In this document: positions 9,899-18,520 of the stretch, piece by piece | How the letters are laid out: each line of letters opens with the position of its first letter | Position numbering within the stretch: the stretch's first letter is position 1 | Source of the DNA: a virus | Strand: one strand, 5' to 3' | DNA: 64,000 nucleotides | Virus record (IMG/VR): IMGVR_UViG_3300017917_000733 | Location: 57,145-121,144 of that record | The notes under the pieces: generated by a model | What the model saw: the letters and a program-made list of their open reading frames with translations, nothing else | Databases searched by the model: none | Told to the model about the DNA's origin: nothing | Program-made: the position numbers and the translations under genes

Positions 9899-10801
9899 AT
9901 GACAACTACAATTACAATTAAAGACAAAGCAATTAACGCTACATACCAAGATAAAACTGGTACAACATCAGGCACTGGTACAGGCGCTAAGTTTGATGTT
10001 ACTAAAACAGACGGTGTTTATACCGTTGCATTGGATTCTGCACTAGCAAGCGCAGGCTCTGGTTACGCAGCAGGTGACACTATCACTATTCTTGGTTCTC
10101 AACTAGGTGGTGTTAACACTACTAACGATTTGATTCTTACTGTTGCTACAGTTGGAGCAGGTGGTAAAATCGCTACATTCGGCTCTGTCGGAACAGGTCG
10201 CGTAGGCGATGGCACAGTTGATGTTCAAGTTGATGTTACTGGTACAAGCGGCGTTGATACATATGTTGTTCCTGGCAACAGCACTGACTTCACAGTTACT
10301 AAGAATGAATCTGACATTACACTAGACAGCGGTCTTTCTACAAACGTTCACTTCAAACTAGCTGACCATGAGCGTGTTGTGTTCGATGACACAGCAATTG
10401 CATTTGATGCAGATGGTGTTGCAGGTGATGTATATGCATTACTAGCAGCCGCACTAGGTGTTAGCGATGTTACCGCTGAGTTCCAAGGTATTGGTATCGC
10501 TCTTGCAGACAACGGTTGGACAAACAAACAACTTGCAGAAGCATTGTTGAACACTGATGTTTACAAAGAAGATGCAGGTGGTGTAAGTACAGAAACTTTC
10601 ATCAAGCATGTCTACAAGAATGTCATGGGAACTGACGCTACATTGGCAGAAGTTGTTGACTTGACCAGTTGGATGACCACAAATCACCTAAGCCAAGCTG
10701 ATGTTTTGGTTATCGCTAGTCAATTAGAAGATTTCCAAACTACTATTGATTTAGTTGGTTTGGCAACTACTGGTATTGAGTATACCCCTTACGTAGCATA
10801 A
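9899..10801 (+). CDS. S-layer-like protein with C-terminal DUF4214-type domain
   Basis: Thr/Gly-rich N-terminus; ERVVFDDTAIAFD...AGDVYALL...FIKHVYKNVMG...GIEYTPY signature. Confidence 0.7.
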   Translation: MTTTITIKDKAINATYQDKTGTTSGTGTGAKFDVTKTDGVYTVALDSALASAGSGYAAGDTITILGSQLGGVNTTNDLILTVATVGAGGKIATFGSVGTGRVGDGTVDVQVDVTGTSGVDTYVVPGNSTDFTVTKNESDITLDSGLSTNVHFKLADHERVVFDDTAIAFDADGVAGDVYALLAAALGVSDVTAEFQGIGIALADNGWTNKQLAEALLNTDVYKEDAGGVSTETFIKHVYKNVMGTDATLAEVVDLTSWMTTNHLSQADVLVIASQLEDFQTTIDLVGLATTGIEYTPYVA

Positions 10802-10888
10802 CCTGCAAATAATTTATTGGGTAGAAAATATCACAGTAAATATTATTCTAGCCTGAGAAATCAGGCTTGTTTTTTAAAAGGAAATTAT

Positions 10889-11440
10889 ATGAAAAAAATC
10901 TTAGCAATCTTAGCTCTTGCCACTTTTGGTTCTGCGTTCGCCGCAGATTATGTTTCTGTTGACGTTGATAGCGTCAAGGGTCTAGAAGGTGCAAGGAACA
11001 GCATCGCACAATATGTTCGTGCTGGCAAAGGATTCGGTGATTACCAACTTGGTCTACAGTCTCGTACTGCTGTCTTCAGTGGTGGCGGAATGTTGAACAG
11101 TTTGGAAGCAACTGTTGCTAACAACAAAGTTAGCAAATTTGGTGTTACTCCATTCGTTGGTGTTGGATACGACAATGGCTTTAACGGTGTAAAGAATGGC
11201 AACTACACTTACGGTCTGGTAGGTGCTACAACTGGTATGAAAGTAGGACTTGGTTATGCACTATTAGGTGTTAAGACTCGTGTAGGTAGCAACGAAGCAG
11301 TTCAAACTAAACAAACCGTTGCGTTCGGTACATACAGTATCCCAGTTGCAAATAAAGTTTCCCTAAACTTGAATGCAAGTAAGTCTTATCAGACTATCAA
11401 AGAAGATGCAGTAGGCTTAGGTTTAACATTCAGCTTCTAA
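10889..11440 (+). CDS. Outer-membrane beta-barrel protein with signal peptide
   Basis: Start re-assigned to ATG 10889 (RBS AAGGAAA); signal MKKILAILALATFGSAFA; alternating beta pattern; terminal Phe (LGLTFSF). Confidence 0.7.
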   Translation: MKKILAILALATFGSAFAADYVSVDVDSVKGLEGARNSIAQYVRAGKGFGDYQLGLQSRTAVFSGGGMLNSLEATVANNKVSKFGVTPFVGVGYDNGFNGVKNGNYTYGLVGATTGMKVGLGYALLGVKTRVGSNEAVQTKQTVAFGTYSIPVANKVSLNLNASKSYQTIKEDAVGLGLTFSF

Positions 11441-11455
11441 TCATTCAAAGGCATC

Positions 11456-11478
11456 AAAGGCTCTTCGGAGCCTTTTTT
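11456..11478 (+). terminator. Rho-independent terminator
   Basis: AAAGGCTC-TTCG-GAGCCTTTTTT. Confidence 0.85.
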
Positions 11479-11510
11479 GTTGGGGTACAGCCCTGTCAAT
11501 TAAATATCAA

Positions 11511-12191
11511 ATGCATCCAGTTATATTTACTTCTTATAATCACGCAGTAGACCCTAGACTTGCAGAGTATCAAAGTCTTGTGATTGAGAAACTTAGAAAT
11601 GGAATTCCATTCCTACCGTTAAAGTACGGCTTCACTGAAAATGAAATGCTACACGGTGATATATTAAACAAAGCGATACATAAAGTATTTTATGAAATGG
11701 GTGCGGATTGTATTCTTATAGTAGATGTAGACGCGATACCACTAAGTACTGAATCATTAGAAGAAACATTACACGTAGCCTATTCAGGACACGTAGTTGG
11801 AAACATTCAACGGTCAAATCATTTTGAAAATGGTCAGCATGTCTATGTAGGCTCATCTTATATATGTTTTACTAGGTACATATTTGAAGCTGCTGGTAGT
11901 CCGACTATGTGTTACAACAACAAATATGATACATGTGAATTATTAACTGTGAATGCAGAACGTTTTAACATACCTGTAACTAAATTTATGCCAACTCATG
12001 TTGATTCGCCGTGGGTAGACTCTAACGGAAATTTAGGATACTGGAACTTAGCTGACGGTATGCCTAAATATGGAATAGGGACTACATTTTCCTATGAAAA
12101 TAAACCCATGTCTTATCATTTATTTTCATCAAGGCATCATATTTACAATCAATATTTCTTTGATAAGTGCCAAAGTATTTTGTCCAAATAA
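11511..12191 (+). CDS. Putative GT-A glycosyltransferase
   Basis: ILIVDVDAIPL DxD motif. Confidence 0.55.
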   Translation: MHPVIFTSYNHAVDPRLAEYQSLVIEKLRNGIPFLPLKYGFTENEMLHGDILNKAIHKVFYEMGADCILIVDVDAIPLSTESLEETLHVAYSGHVVGNIQRSNHFENGQHVYVGSSYICFTRYIFEAAGSPTMCYNNKYDTCELLTVNAERFNIPVTKFMPTHVDSPWVDSNGNLGYWNLADGMPKYGIGTTFSYENKPMSYHLFSSRHHIYNQYFFDKCQSILSK

Positions 12192-12229
12192 TTCGAACCA
12201 CCCATTGATTTAATATATAATAGAAACAT

Positions 12230-12302
12230 GCGCTGTTCTCAATGGTTGAGTAAGAGCCTCTAAAACTCTGAATAACGGGTTCGACTCCCGTACAGCGCAC
12301 CA
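12230..12302 (+). tRNA. Amber-suppressor tRNA (anticodon CUA), non-canonical D-arm
   Basis: GCGCTGT/ACAGCGC acceptor + A-CCA; D-arm CTCA-ATGGT-TGAG; anticodon arm AGAGC-CTCTAAA-ACTCT; T-arm ACGGG-TTCGACT-CCCGT; TATAAT at 12216-12221. Confidence 0.85.
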
Positions 12303-12304
12303 AT

Positions 12305-12312
12305 TATAAATA
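12305..12312 (+). promoter_or_regulatory. T4-type late promoter TATAAATA
   Basis: Exact consensus 5 nt upstream of ATG 12318. Confidence 0.7.
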
Positions 12313-12317
12313 ATATT

Positions 12318-12467
12318 ATGAAACTACCGTTTATTGGACTCATGGGAGTCAAAAATGATTTAACACTTGTTACCCCTAGTGGTCGTGAGTTGTTTAGGGT
12401 GCCCCAATGGGCAGCGTGGAGAATCCAACACGTACAACACTGGATCGCACAAAAAACTTGGAGATAA
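12318..12467 (+). CDS. Small hypothetical protein (49 aa)
   Basis: Manual ORF MKLPFIGLMG...HWIAQKTWR; leaderless start after late promoter. Confidence 0.6.
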   Translation: MKLPFIGLMGVKNDLTLVTPSGRELFRVPQWAAWRIQHVQHWIAQKTWR

Positions 12468-12473
12468 AACAAA

Positions 12474-13046
12474 ATGGCATAGATTGAATTTGCATGTAAA
12501 GACGTAGTGTTTCACTTTAACAAGAAACACCTAGAAGACCAAACTATACCCATGTGGGTCTTAAAATTTCATGGGGAAACATATTATGTGAATCATGTGG
12601 AATGCAATGTTCCATGGTCTACTAAAGAGACACCCGACAATTCACATACAAAAGGCAGCATCAAAGTCAAAGAGGTCTTATTAAAGATTGATGACGATAA
12701 CAATGCTACATTAACCAATCTCACTATCTTTGATAAAATTCGTTTGCGTAATCAAAAATTAGGTATTACACGAATCATATTCAAACCTCACAGTGAAATG
12801 CACAAGGCAATATTAAAGAACGAGTTTAAACATAGTCCACTCAAATATGTGAATGCACCTTGTTCAACTTCATATTTGGTTTGTGATTTATTAGATAAGG
12901 CAGAGTTTACATTTGCATCATTGAAGTATGAAGGATTTAGACAATTAATGCCCAACGAATCATACTATCAGCAATATGATGATGTTAAAGGTGAACATTT
13001 AAAAGTGGATTACAGTCATCCAGACACACCCTACGAATATAGTTAA
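12474..13046 (+). CDS. Hypothetical protein with in-frame TAG at codon 3 (190 aa if read through; ORF track calls GTG 12507)
   Basis: GGAG (12460-12463) then ATG GCA TAG ATT GAA TTT GCA TGT AAA GAC GTA GTG..., in frame with the 179-aa ORF. Confidence 0.7.
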
Positions 13047-13162
13047 CCAAAATATTTTATTTCGCAAAAGCCCTGTGCTATACTAAATAATGTTGAAGCA
13101 TGGGGCTTCACCTAACACTCTTTAAACATAATGGTCTTAGAGTGTGACCAGAAAAGGAAAAT

Positions 13163-13984
13163 ATGATGTACAATCAAAAGCTGGTGGCCAGCCTAAAAGC
13201 CAATGGTAAAATCCTTCGTGAATTCAAGGATACTGTCTACTGCCCATTCGGAGCAGAATACTCAATCTTACTCAAGAACCTAAACACAGTCCGTGCAGTT
13301 GTCAATGTTTATATTGACGGCGAGAACATTGTTCCAGGTGGTCTTGTTCTTAACGCAGGTCAAGAGGTTGACCTTGAGCGTAGCATCAAGAACGGCAATC
13401 TAACTGAAGGTAACAAACTAAAGTTCATTGAACGAACCGGAGCAGTTGAACAACATCGTGGTATCAAACTTGAAGATGGTATTGTTCGTATTGAATACCA
13501 GTTTGAAATTGCTCGTCCAATTATCAACATCAGTGATAATATCTGGAAATCTACTCCTATTACAGGGGCGTATGATAATTACAAAACATACAATGTCAAT
13601 GGTATGATGCGTAGTGTAGATTACAGCGCCGGCGAGACTATGAAAGCTACCGCGGCAAGTGCTACTAATGCCACATTACAAGCCATGAATATCAGCGCAA
13701 CATCAGCACATGATGGTATGGCTACGATGGATTGGAATGATGCAGGTATTACTGTTCCGGGTAGTAAAAGTGAACAAAAGTTTCAAACAACATATTTAAA
13801 CGCATTGGATCCGCAGAAGTATTCTATTGTGTTGAAGATTCTCGGTGAGACTCCTGATAATGAACCTGTTCGCAAGCCCGTCACTACTAAGCATAAGCCT
13901 AAGTGTGTGACATGTGGCAAACAGAATAAAGCTACTGCTAAGTTCTGTACTGAATGCGGTACAGCCTTAGAAATTTTCGCTTAA
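13163..13984 (+). CDS. Hypothetical protein with C-terminal zinc ribbon
   Basis: CVTCG...FCTECG. Confidence 0.75.
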   Translation: MMYNQKLVASLKANGKILREFKDTVYCPFGAEYSILLKNLNTVRAVVNVYIDGENIVPGGLVLNAGQEVDLERSIKNGNLTEGNKLKFIERTGAVEQHRGIKLEDGIVRIEYQFEIARPIINISDNIWKSTPITGAYDNYKTYNVNGMMRSVDYSAGETMKATAASATNATLQAMNISATSAHDGMATMDWNDAGITVPGSKSEQKFQTTYLNALDPQKYSIVLKILGETPDNEPVRKPVTTKHKPKCVTCGKQNKATAKFCTECGTALEIFA

Positions 13985-14922
13985 ATCATTTTCGATGCTA
14001 TGTTGGTATACAAAGGTATACCAACTAACACATTGAACGGGAATGTTATACCAAGGCTAAGACCAAAGTAGATACTAGGATTAGCCTCTGGTATAGCAAA
14101 CTTCACTACCGCGGGTACAGCAATATAACTAGCACTAGCAGCTAGTACCATTAATAGTGCCGTGTTACCCAAGCTAACTCCAAACAATATACATAGACCT
14201 AAAGCCAAGATACTGTGCATTATAGGTGCTACTATAGCGTATGCTAATAACGCAGGACTTTTGTCACGTAACTCAGGTATGCGTTTTGCAACTTGTAATC
14301 CCATGTCTAACAAGAAAAACGCTAGTAAGCCCTTGAACAAGTCACCAGTGAATGGCTTCATTACAGTAGCACCACTTTCACCCGTCAACATACCGATAGC
14401 TAAACTTGCTAACAGTAATATATGAGCACCGTCAGTAAACGATTCATGCAACACATGTTTTATACTGACTGAATTGTTAGCTCTTGTATATGCAGCTAAT
14501 GCTACTGCCATGATGATTGCAGGACTTTCCATTAACGCCATAACAGCAGACATGTACCCGCCAAACTCTATTCCGTTGTTTGACAAATATTGTGTCGCTG
14601 TAACAAACGTGACAGCACTTACACTTCCATAAGTAGCAGCTACTGCGGCACTATCGAATCCATTTAAGAATCGTTTCAATATCACATAACCCATCGCAGG
14701 AATAGTCAATGCTAGAAATAATCCTATTCCTATAACACTACCGATTTCGTCAGTGAACCCGCTTTTTGCTAATGCAAAGCCACCTTTAAGTCCTAATGCC
14801 ATTAACAAGTACAGACTTAAAAATTTTACAATTTGGTTTGGGATTTCTAAATTGCTACGTATAAGTCCAGCAAAAATGCCAAACACAAAGAATAATATTG
14901 CGGGGTCTAGTAAATTGTTCAT
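13981..14922 (-). CDS. sbtA: Sodium-dependent bicarbonate transporter family permease (SbtA/DUF897)
   Basis: GLKGG, AATYGSVSAVTF, MESPAI, SASYIAVPA and ITFPFN motifs, ~10 TM helices; start re-assigned to ATG 14922. Confidence 0.85.
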   Translation of the reverse strand: MNNLLDPAILFFVFGIFAGLIRSNLEIPNQIVKFLSLYLLMALGLKGGFALAKSGFTDEIGSVIGIGLFLALTIPAMGYVILKRFLNGFDSAAVAATYGSVSAVTFVTATQYLSNNGIEFGGYMSAVMALMESPAIIMAVALAAYTRANNSVSIKHVLHESFTDGAHILLLASLAIGMLTGESGATVMKPFTGDLFKGLLAFFLLDMGLQVAKRIPELRDKSPALLAYAIVAPIMHSILALGLCILFGVSLGNTALLMVLAASASYIAVPAVVKFAIPEANPSIYFGLSLGITFPFNVLVGIPLYTNIASKMI

Positions 14923-15055
14923 GCAGATACTTATCGCAACTAATTTGCCCATAAAACTTTAAAACGCAATATAGTAGCATATAATCGACTCAGTAGACCA
15001 CTAAATAAAAGTATATAGTGCTCTACTGAAGTGCTCTATATCGAGAAAGAGGATA

Positions 15056-15427
15056 ATGTCAAACTTAGGTTGTTTTACTTGTTTAAACTGTGGAAAAGTT
15101 AACCCAATCAAGGGCCACTCCTATACAAACAAATACTGTAATAATAGTTGCCAGCAAGAACATCAAAGACGCCATCGTGCGTTTGAGAATGTTCAGAAAT
15201 GGAAAGAATCAAAAGAGCCGCAAGCCTGGGCTAAAATTCCCGACTGGATTAGAAAATATTTGGTTGATAACAGAGGTCACAAATGTGAATCATGTAATAA
15301 TGAAACACATAATGGGAAAGAGATTCCACTAGATGTAACTTATCGTGATGGTGATAGTTACAATACAAAGGAAGACAACTTAATGTTGATATGCCCCAAT
15401 TGTAGGGCACAAAGTAAAATTCATTAA
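15056..15427 (+). CDS. HNH-like endonuclease with zinc fingers (possibly degenerate)
   Basis: CLNC, YCNNSC, CESC, DGDSYNTKEDNLMLICPNC; catalytic HH appears replaced by TY. Confidence 0.65.
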   Translation: MSNLGCFTCLNCGKVNPIKGHSYTNKYCNNSCQQEHQRRHRAFENVQKWKESKEPQAWAKIPDWIRKYLVDNRGHKCESCNNETHNGKEIPLDVTYRDGDSYNTKEDNLMLICPNCRAQSKIH

Positions 15428-15446
15428 CACACAAGGAGAAACACTA

Positions 15447-15992
15447 ATGAAAACAATCGGCGATAAAATTACAAGTTTTGCAGTTACAGGCGTTAAGCCA
15501 GGTGCACTTACACCGGAAGGCGCGTTTGAAACTATTACTGACAAAAGTTTCGAAGGAAAATGGAAAGTTATTGTTTACTATCCTAAGGACTTCACTTTCG
15601 TATGTCCTACTGAGATTGTTGCTTATGACAAGCTCAATGGCGACTTTAGTGACCGTGATGCAGTTCTATTAATCGGTTCTACAGATAACGAATTCTGTAA
15701 GCTAGCATGGCGTAATGCACACGAAGACCTAAAGAAAACAAATTCTTGGTCATTCGCTGATGTTGCCCGTGACGAGAACAGTTTAGCACAACAATTAGGT
15801 ATCTTCTACGGTCCAGCAGGCGCCGCATTACGTGCTACATTCATTGTTGACCCTGATAACGTTATTCAGCACGTTACAGTTAACAACTTGGACGTTGGTC
15901 GTAATCCAGATGAAACATTGCGTATTCTTGACGCACTACAGACTGGCGAACTATGCCCATGCTCACGTCCTATCGGTGGTGAGACACTATAA
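15447..15992 (+). CDS. ahpC: Peroxiredoxin, alkyl hydroperoxide reductase C
   Basis: YYPKDFTFVCPTEI peroxidatic motif; RATFIVDP; ELCPC. Confidence 0.95.
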   Translation: MKTIGDKITSFAVTGVKPGALTPEGAFETITDKSFEGKWKVIVYYPKDFTFVCPTEIVAYDKLNGDFSDRDAVLLIGSTDNEFCKLAWRNAHEDLKKTNSWSFADVARDENSLAQQLGIFYGPAGAALRATFIVDPDNVIQHVTVNNLDVGRNPDETLRILDALQTGELCPCSRPIGGETL

Positions 15993-16339
15993 TGGATTAT
16001 CACGCACATCTTTACTGGGAGAACGAGTCTCAACGATTTGAGGCTCTACATCTAAGACCACAGTTGCAAGACTTGGGTTGCAAGCTAGGTAGAATTTGGG
16101 ATGAACCTATTGGGCCGCACCCCATGGCAATGTATCAGGTAAATTACAATAGTGATAATAAAAAAGCTGTAGAAGACTTATTGTACAAAGCCAAACTACA
16201 TATTCTACTACACGAAGACACCGGTGACGATTTGCGTGACCATATTGAAAATACACGATGGATAGGCAGACCATTGACAGTAAACATCAAATGGTTAAAA
16301 GATAACATTAAGGAAGGAAAACAACATGAACTTTCGTGA
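15992..16339 (+). CDS. DOPA 4,5-dioxygenase family protein
   Basis: YHAHLY, IGPHP, LLH...DH...WIG motifs. Confidence 0.8.
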   Translation: MDYHAHLYWENESQRFEALHLRPQLQDLGCKLGRIWDEPIGPHPMAMYQVNYNSDNKKAVEDLLYKAKLHILLHEDTGDDLRDHIENTRWIGRPLTVNIKWLKDNIKEGKQHELS

Positions 16340-16391
16340 TTTATTTGAATATCTAAAGAGAGAACATTGCCCCTCTTGTAAAGGAAAATAA
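16326..16391 (+). CDS. Possible 21-aa CxxC micro-protein
   Basis: RBS GGAAGG; MNFRDLFEYLKREHCPSCKGK; stop overlaps next ATG. Confidence 0.3.
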   Translation: MNFRDLFEYLKREHCPSCKGK

Positions 16392-16996
16392 TGTTAGAAA
16401 CAATAAGTGAATTGTTTAATGAAGCCTACAAGCGTAATTGGATTACTGCAAGAGACGGTAATGCTAGTATTCGTTGGCATGACCGTGACCATATGTATAT
16501 CACTCCCAGTGGTATACGTAAGCAAACACTTCAACCAGAAATGTTTGTTAAGTGGGATATGGTAAACGAGTATAGAGCATTGCCTTATACTAATCTAAGC
16601 AGCGCCTTACGCCCATCAGGTGAACTACCACTTCATTATGAACTGCAAAAACAGATTGATACTGAAGTTCGTGTAGTATTACATATGCACCCTACTTACA
16701 CGGTTGCAGCTATGTATGCAGGCATCGAGTTAAGTGAACTTGTAAAAGAGTTTCCAGAACTAGGTCGTTATACAAAAGTAGGACAAAATGTTCCTGATGT
16801 TCCTCCGATAAGTGTAGAGTTAGCAAACGCAACTTATCCAAAACTTATTAATGAGTCTGGGCAAACAATTAATCATATTGTTGGTATCGACAGACATGGA
16901 GTAGTTGCGGTAGATACAAGTCCTTGGCGTGCATTTGAGCATATTGAACGTCTTGAACATATTTGTAAGATAGTTTTGTCTTCTAGGAGATTTTAA
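16391..16996 (+). CDS. Class II aldolase/adducin family protein
   Basis: DGNASIR, ITPSG, PSGELPLH, HMHP and RHGVV zinc-ligand motifs. Confidence 0.9.
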   Translation: MLETISELFNEAYKRNWITARDGNASIRWHDRDHMYITPSGIRKQTLQPEMFVKWDMVNEYRALPYTNLSSALRPSGELPLHYELQKQIDTEVRVVLHMHPTYTVAAMYAGIELSELVKEFPELGRYTKVGQNVPDVPPISVELANATYPKLINESGQTINHIVGIDRHGVVAVDTSPWRAFEHIERLEHICKIVLSSRRF

Positions 16997-17656
16997 ATGT
17001 TAGAAATGATTTGGGCTGTCATAGCCATTATATTAATCGATATTGTACTAGCAGGTGATAACGCACTTGTTATTGGCATGGCAGCAAATCGCTTGCCAGA
17101 ACATCTTAGAAAACGTGTAATTTTCTGGGGTACATTTGGGGCAGTTGCGATTAGATTTTTAAGCGTATTACTATTGACATATTTGTTACTAGTGCCTGGC
17201 TTAAAACTAATTGGTGGTTTGGCGTTGTTGTACATTGGTTGGAAACTAGCTTTTCAAAACAGTGAACATACAATTGATGCTAAAGACACGTTCTGGGGTG
17301 CTATCAGTACAATCGTTGTTGCAGATGCAGTAATGGGTATTGACAATGCACTAGGAATCGCAGCAGCGGCAGGGGGAAATATTTGGATGGTAGTGTTTGG
17401 TCTATTAATCAGTGTACCTATCATATTGTTTGGTAGCACTGTGATAGCAAAGATATTAGAAAAGTATCCAGATAGTGTGTTTATCGGAAGTTTTGTATTG
17501 TTTGTTGTTGCGGCAAAAATGATATTAGCAGAACCTTTCGTAGAATCACACATTGATCCAATGCACGATTTGGGAGAATATGCACTACCCTGGTTGGCAG
17601 GTATAGTGCTAACAGCAAAACAATATTACAGAGCAAGAATAAGGAGTAACAAATAA
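16997..17656 (+). CDS. TerC/YjbE family membrane protein
   Basis: DIVLAGDNALVI and ADAVMGIDNALGI motifs. Confidence 0.9.
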   Translation: MLEMIWAVIAIILIDIVLAGDNALVIGMAANRLPEHLRKRVIFWGTFGAVAIRFLSVLLLTYLLLVPGLKLIGGLALLYIGWKLAFQNSEHTIDAKDTFWGAISTIVVADAVMGIDNALGIAAAAGGNIWMVVFGLLISVPIILFGSTVIAKILEKYPDSVFIGSFVLFVVAAKMILAEPFVESHIDPMHDLGEYALPWLAGIVLTAKQYYRARIRSNK

Positions 17657-18195
17657 TGCAACCAATTACAATTAACGGAGATTGGGTACAATCAGTAAAA
17701 GACAGTATCCCAGATCATAGCAAAGATATTAAACTAAACATTGACAGTGTTATTAACCGTAGTGGTTTAGATCCTGTAGACACACATGCTATTGCATATG
17801 TTTCAGCACTAGCTGCAGGTAACGGTGGATTGGCTTTTGAAATTGAACATAATAGCCCATTGTTCACAGCAGAAGCCGAACGTGAGGCAGCTAAAACAGC
17901 AGCAAGTTTAATGGGTCAAAATAATATTTGGTATCCATTCACTGAAATGGCTAATGACGAATCAATGAAAGGATTGCCTGCAGGATTGCGTATGAATGCA
18001 TATGCTACACACGGTGGCGTTTCAAAGAAAAAGTTTGAAATGTATTCACTGGCTGCAAGTATCATAGGCAAGTGTCATTTCTGTGTCAAGGCACATTATG
18101 ACACATTAAAGAAAGAAGGCATGACTACCCAAGAACTAATGGCTATTGGTCGCATTGCTGCCGTAGTTAACGCAATTGGGAAAGTTGCAATTTAA
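17656..18195 (+). CDS. ahpD: Alkyl hydroperoxide reductase AhpD (carboxymuconolactone decarboxylase family)
   Basis: KDIKLN, NNIWYPF, SIIGKCHFCVKAH (CxxC). Confidence 0.9.
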   Translation: MQPITINGDWVQSVKDSIPDHSKDIKLNIDSVINRSGLDPVDTHAIAYVSALAAGNGGLAFEIEHNSPLFTAEAEREAAKTAASLMGQNNIWYPFTEMANDESMKGLPAGLRMNAYATHGGVSKKKFEMYSLAASIIGKCHFCVKAHYDTLKKEGMTTQELMAIGRIAAVVNAIGKVAI

Positions 18196-18233
18196 ATTGC
18201 AATAAATAGCAGGGTATGATATAATGTCCTGCT

Positions 18234-18488
18234 ATGAAGATACAACGTGCATTAGACTGGAGTGAAGTTAGCGATAACTTGCGTAGCCAATTGGGAACGA
18301 TTGGCTACAACCCAGACTTGCGTAAACTGTATAAAAACATCGAACACATGGTGTCAGACCTGAGTAAATTAGAAGTCACTTTCCGTCGTTCACAAAAGTA
18401 TGCAATGTTGGATGATAAAGTATACGAAATCAACAAAGCAATAGACCACTTAGAAAAATTGATTCTCATGGCTAAACTTATGGGTTGA
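18234..18488 (+). CDS. Hypothetical protein
   Basis: ORF after TTGCAA-N17-TATAAT promoter. Confidence 0.7.
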   Translation: MKIQRALDWSEVSDNLRSQLGTIGYNPDLRKLYKNIEHMVSDLSKLEVTFRRSQKYAMLDDKVYEINKAIDHLEKLILMAKLMG

Positions 18489-18520
18489 CAATAAATCCAT
18501 ATTGTTATACACTAGCTATT

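Noticed and set aside
12230-12302. Reading the tRNA as Arg(TCT)
   Set aside because: Centring TCT needs C33 and destroys the anticodon stem; the CUCUAAA loop with U33 keeps four stem pairs
12303-12360. Theta (HDV-like) ribozyme after the suppressor tRNA
   Set aside because: The 3' flank is an AT-rich late promoter and an ORF start with no nested pseudoknot, and CCA is already encoded
12082-12472. Two minus-strand ORFs across the tRNA
   Set aside because: Antisense to the tRNA and to + strand genes with promoter support
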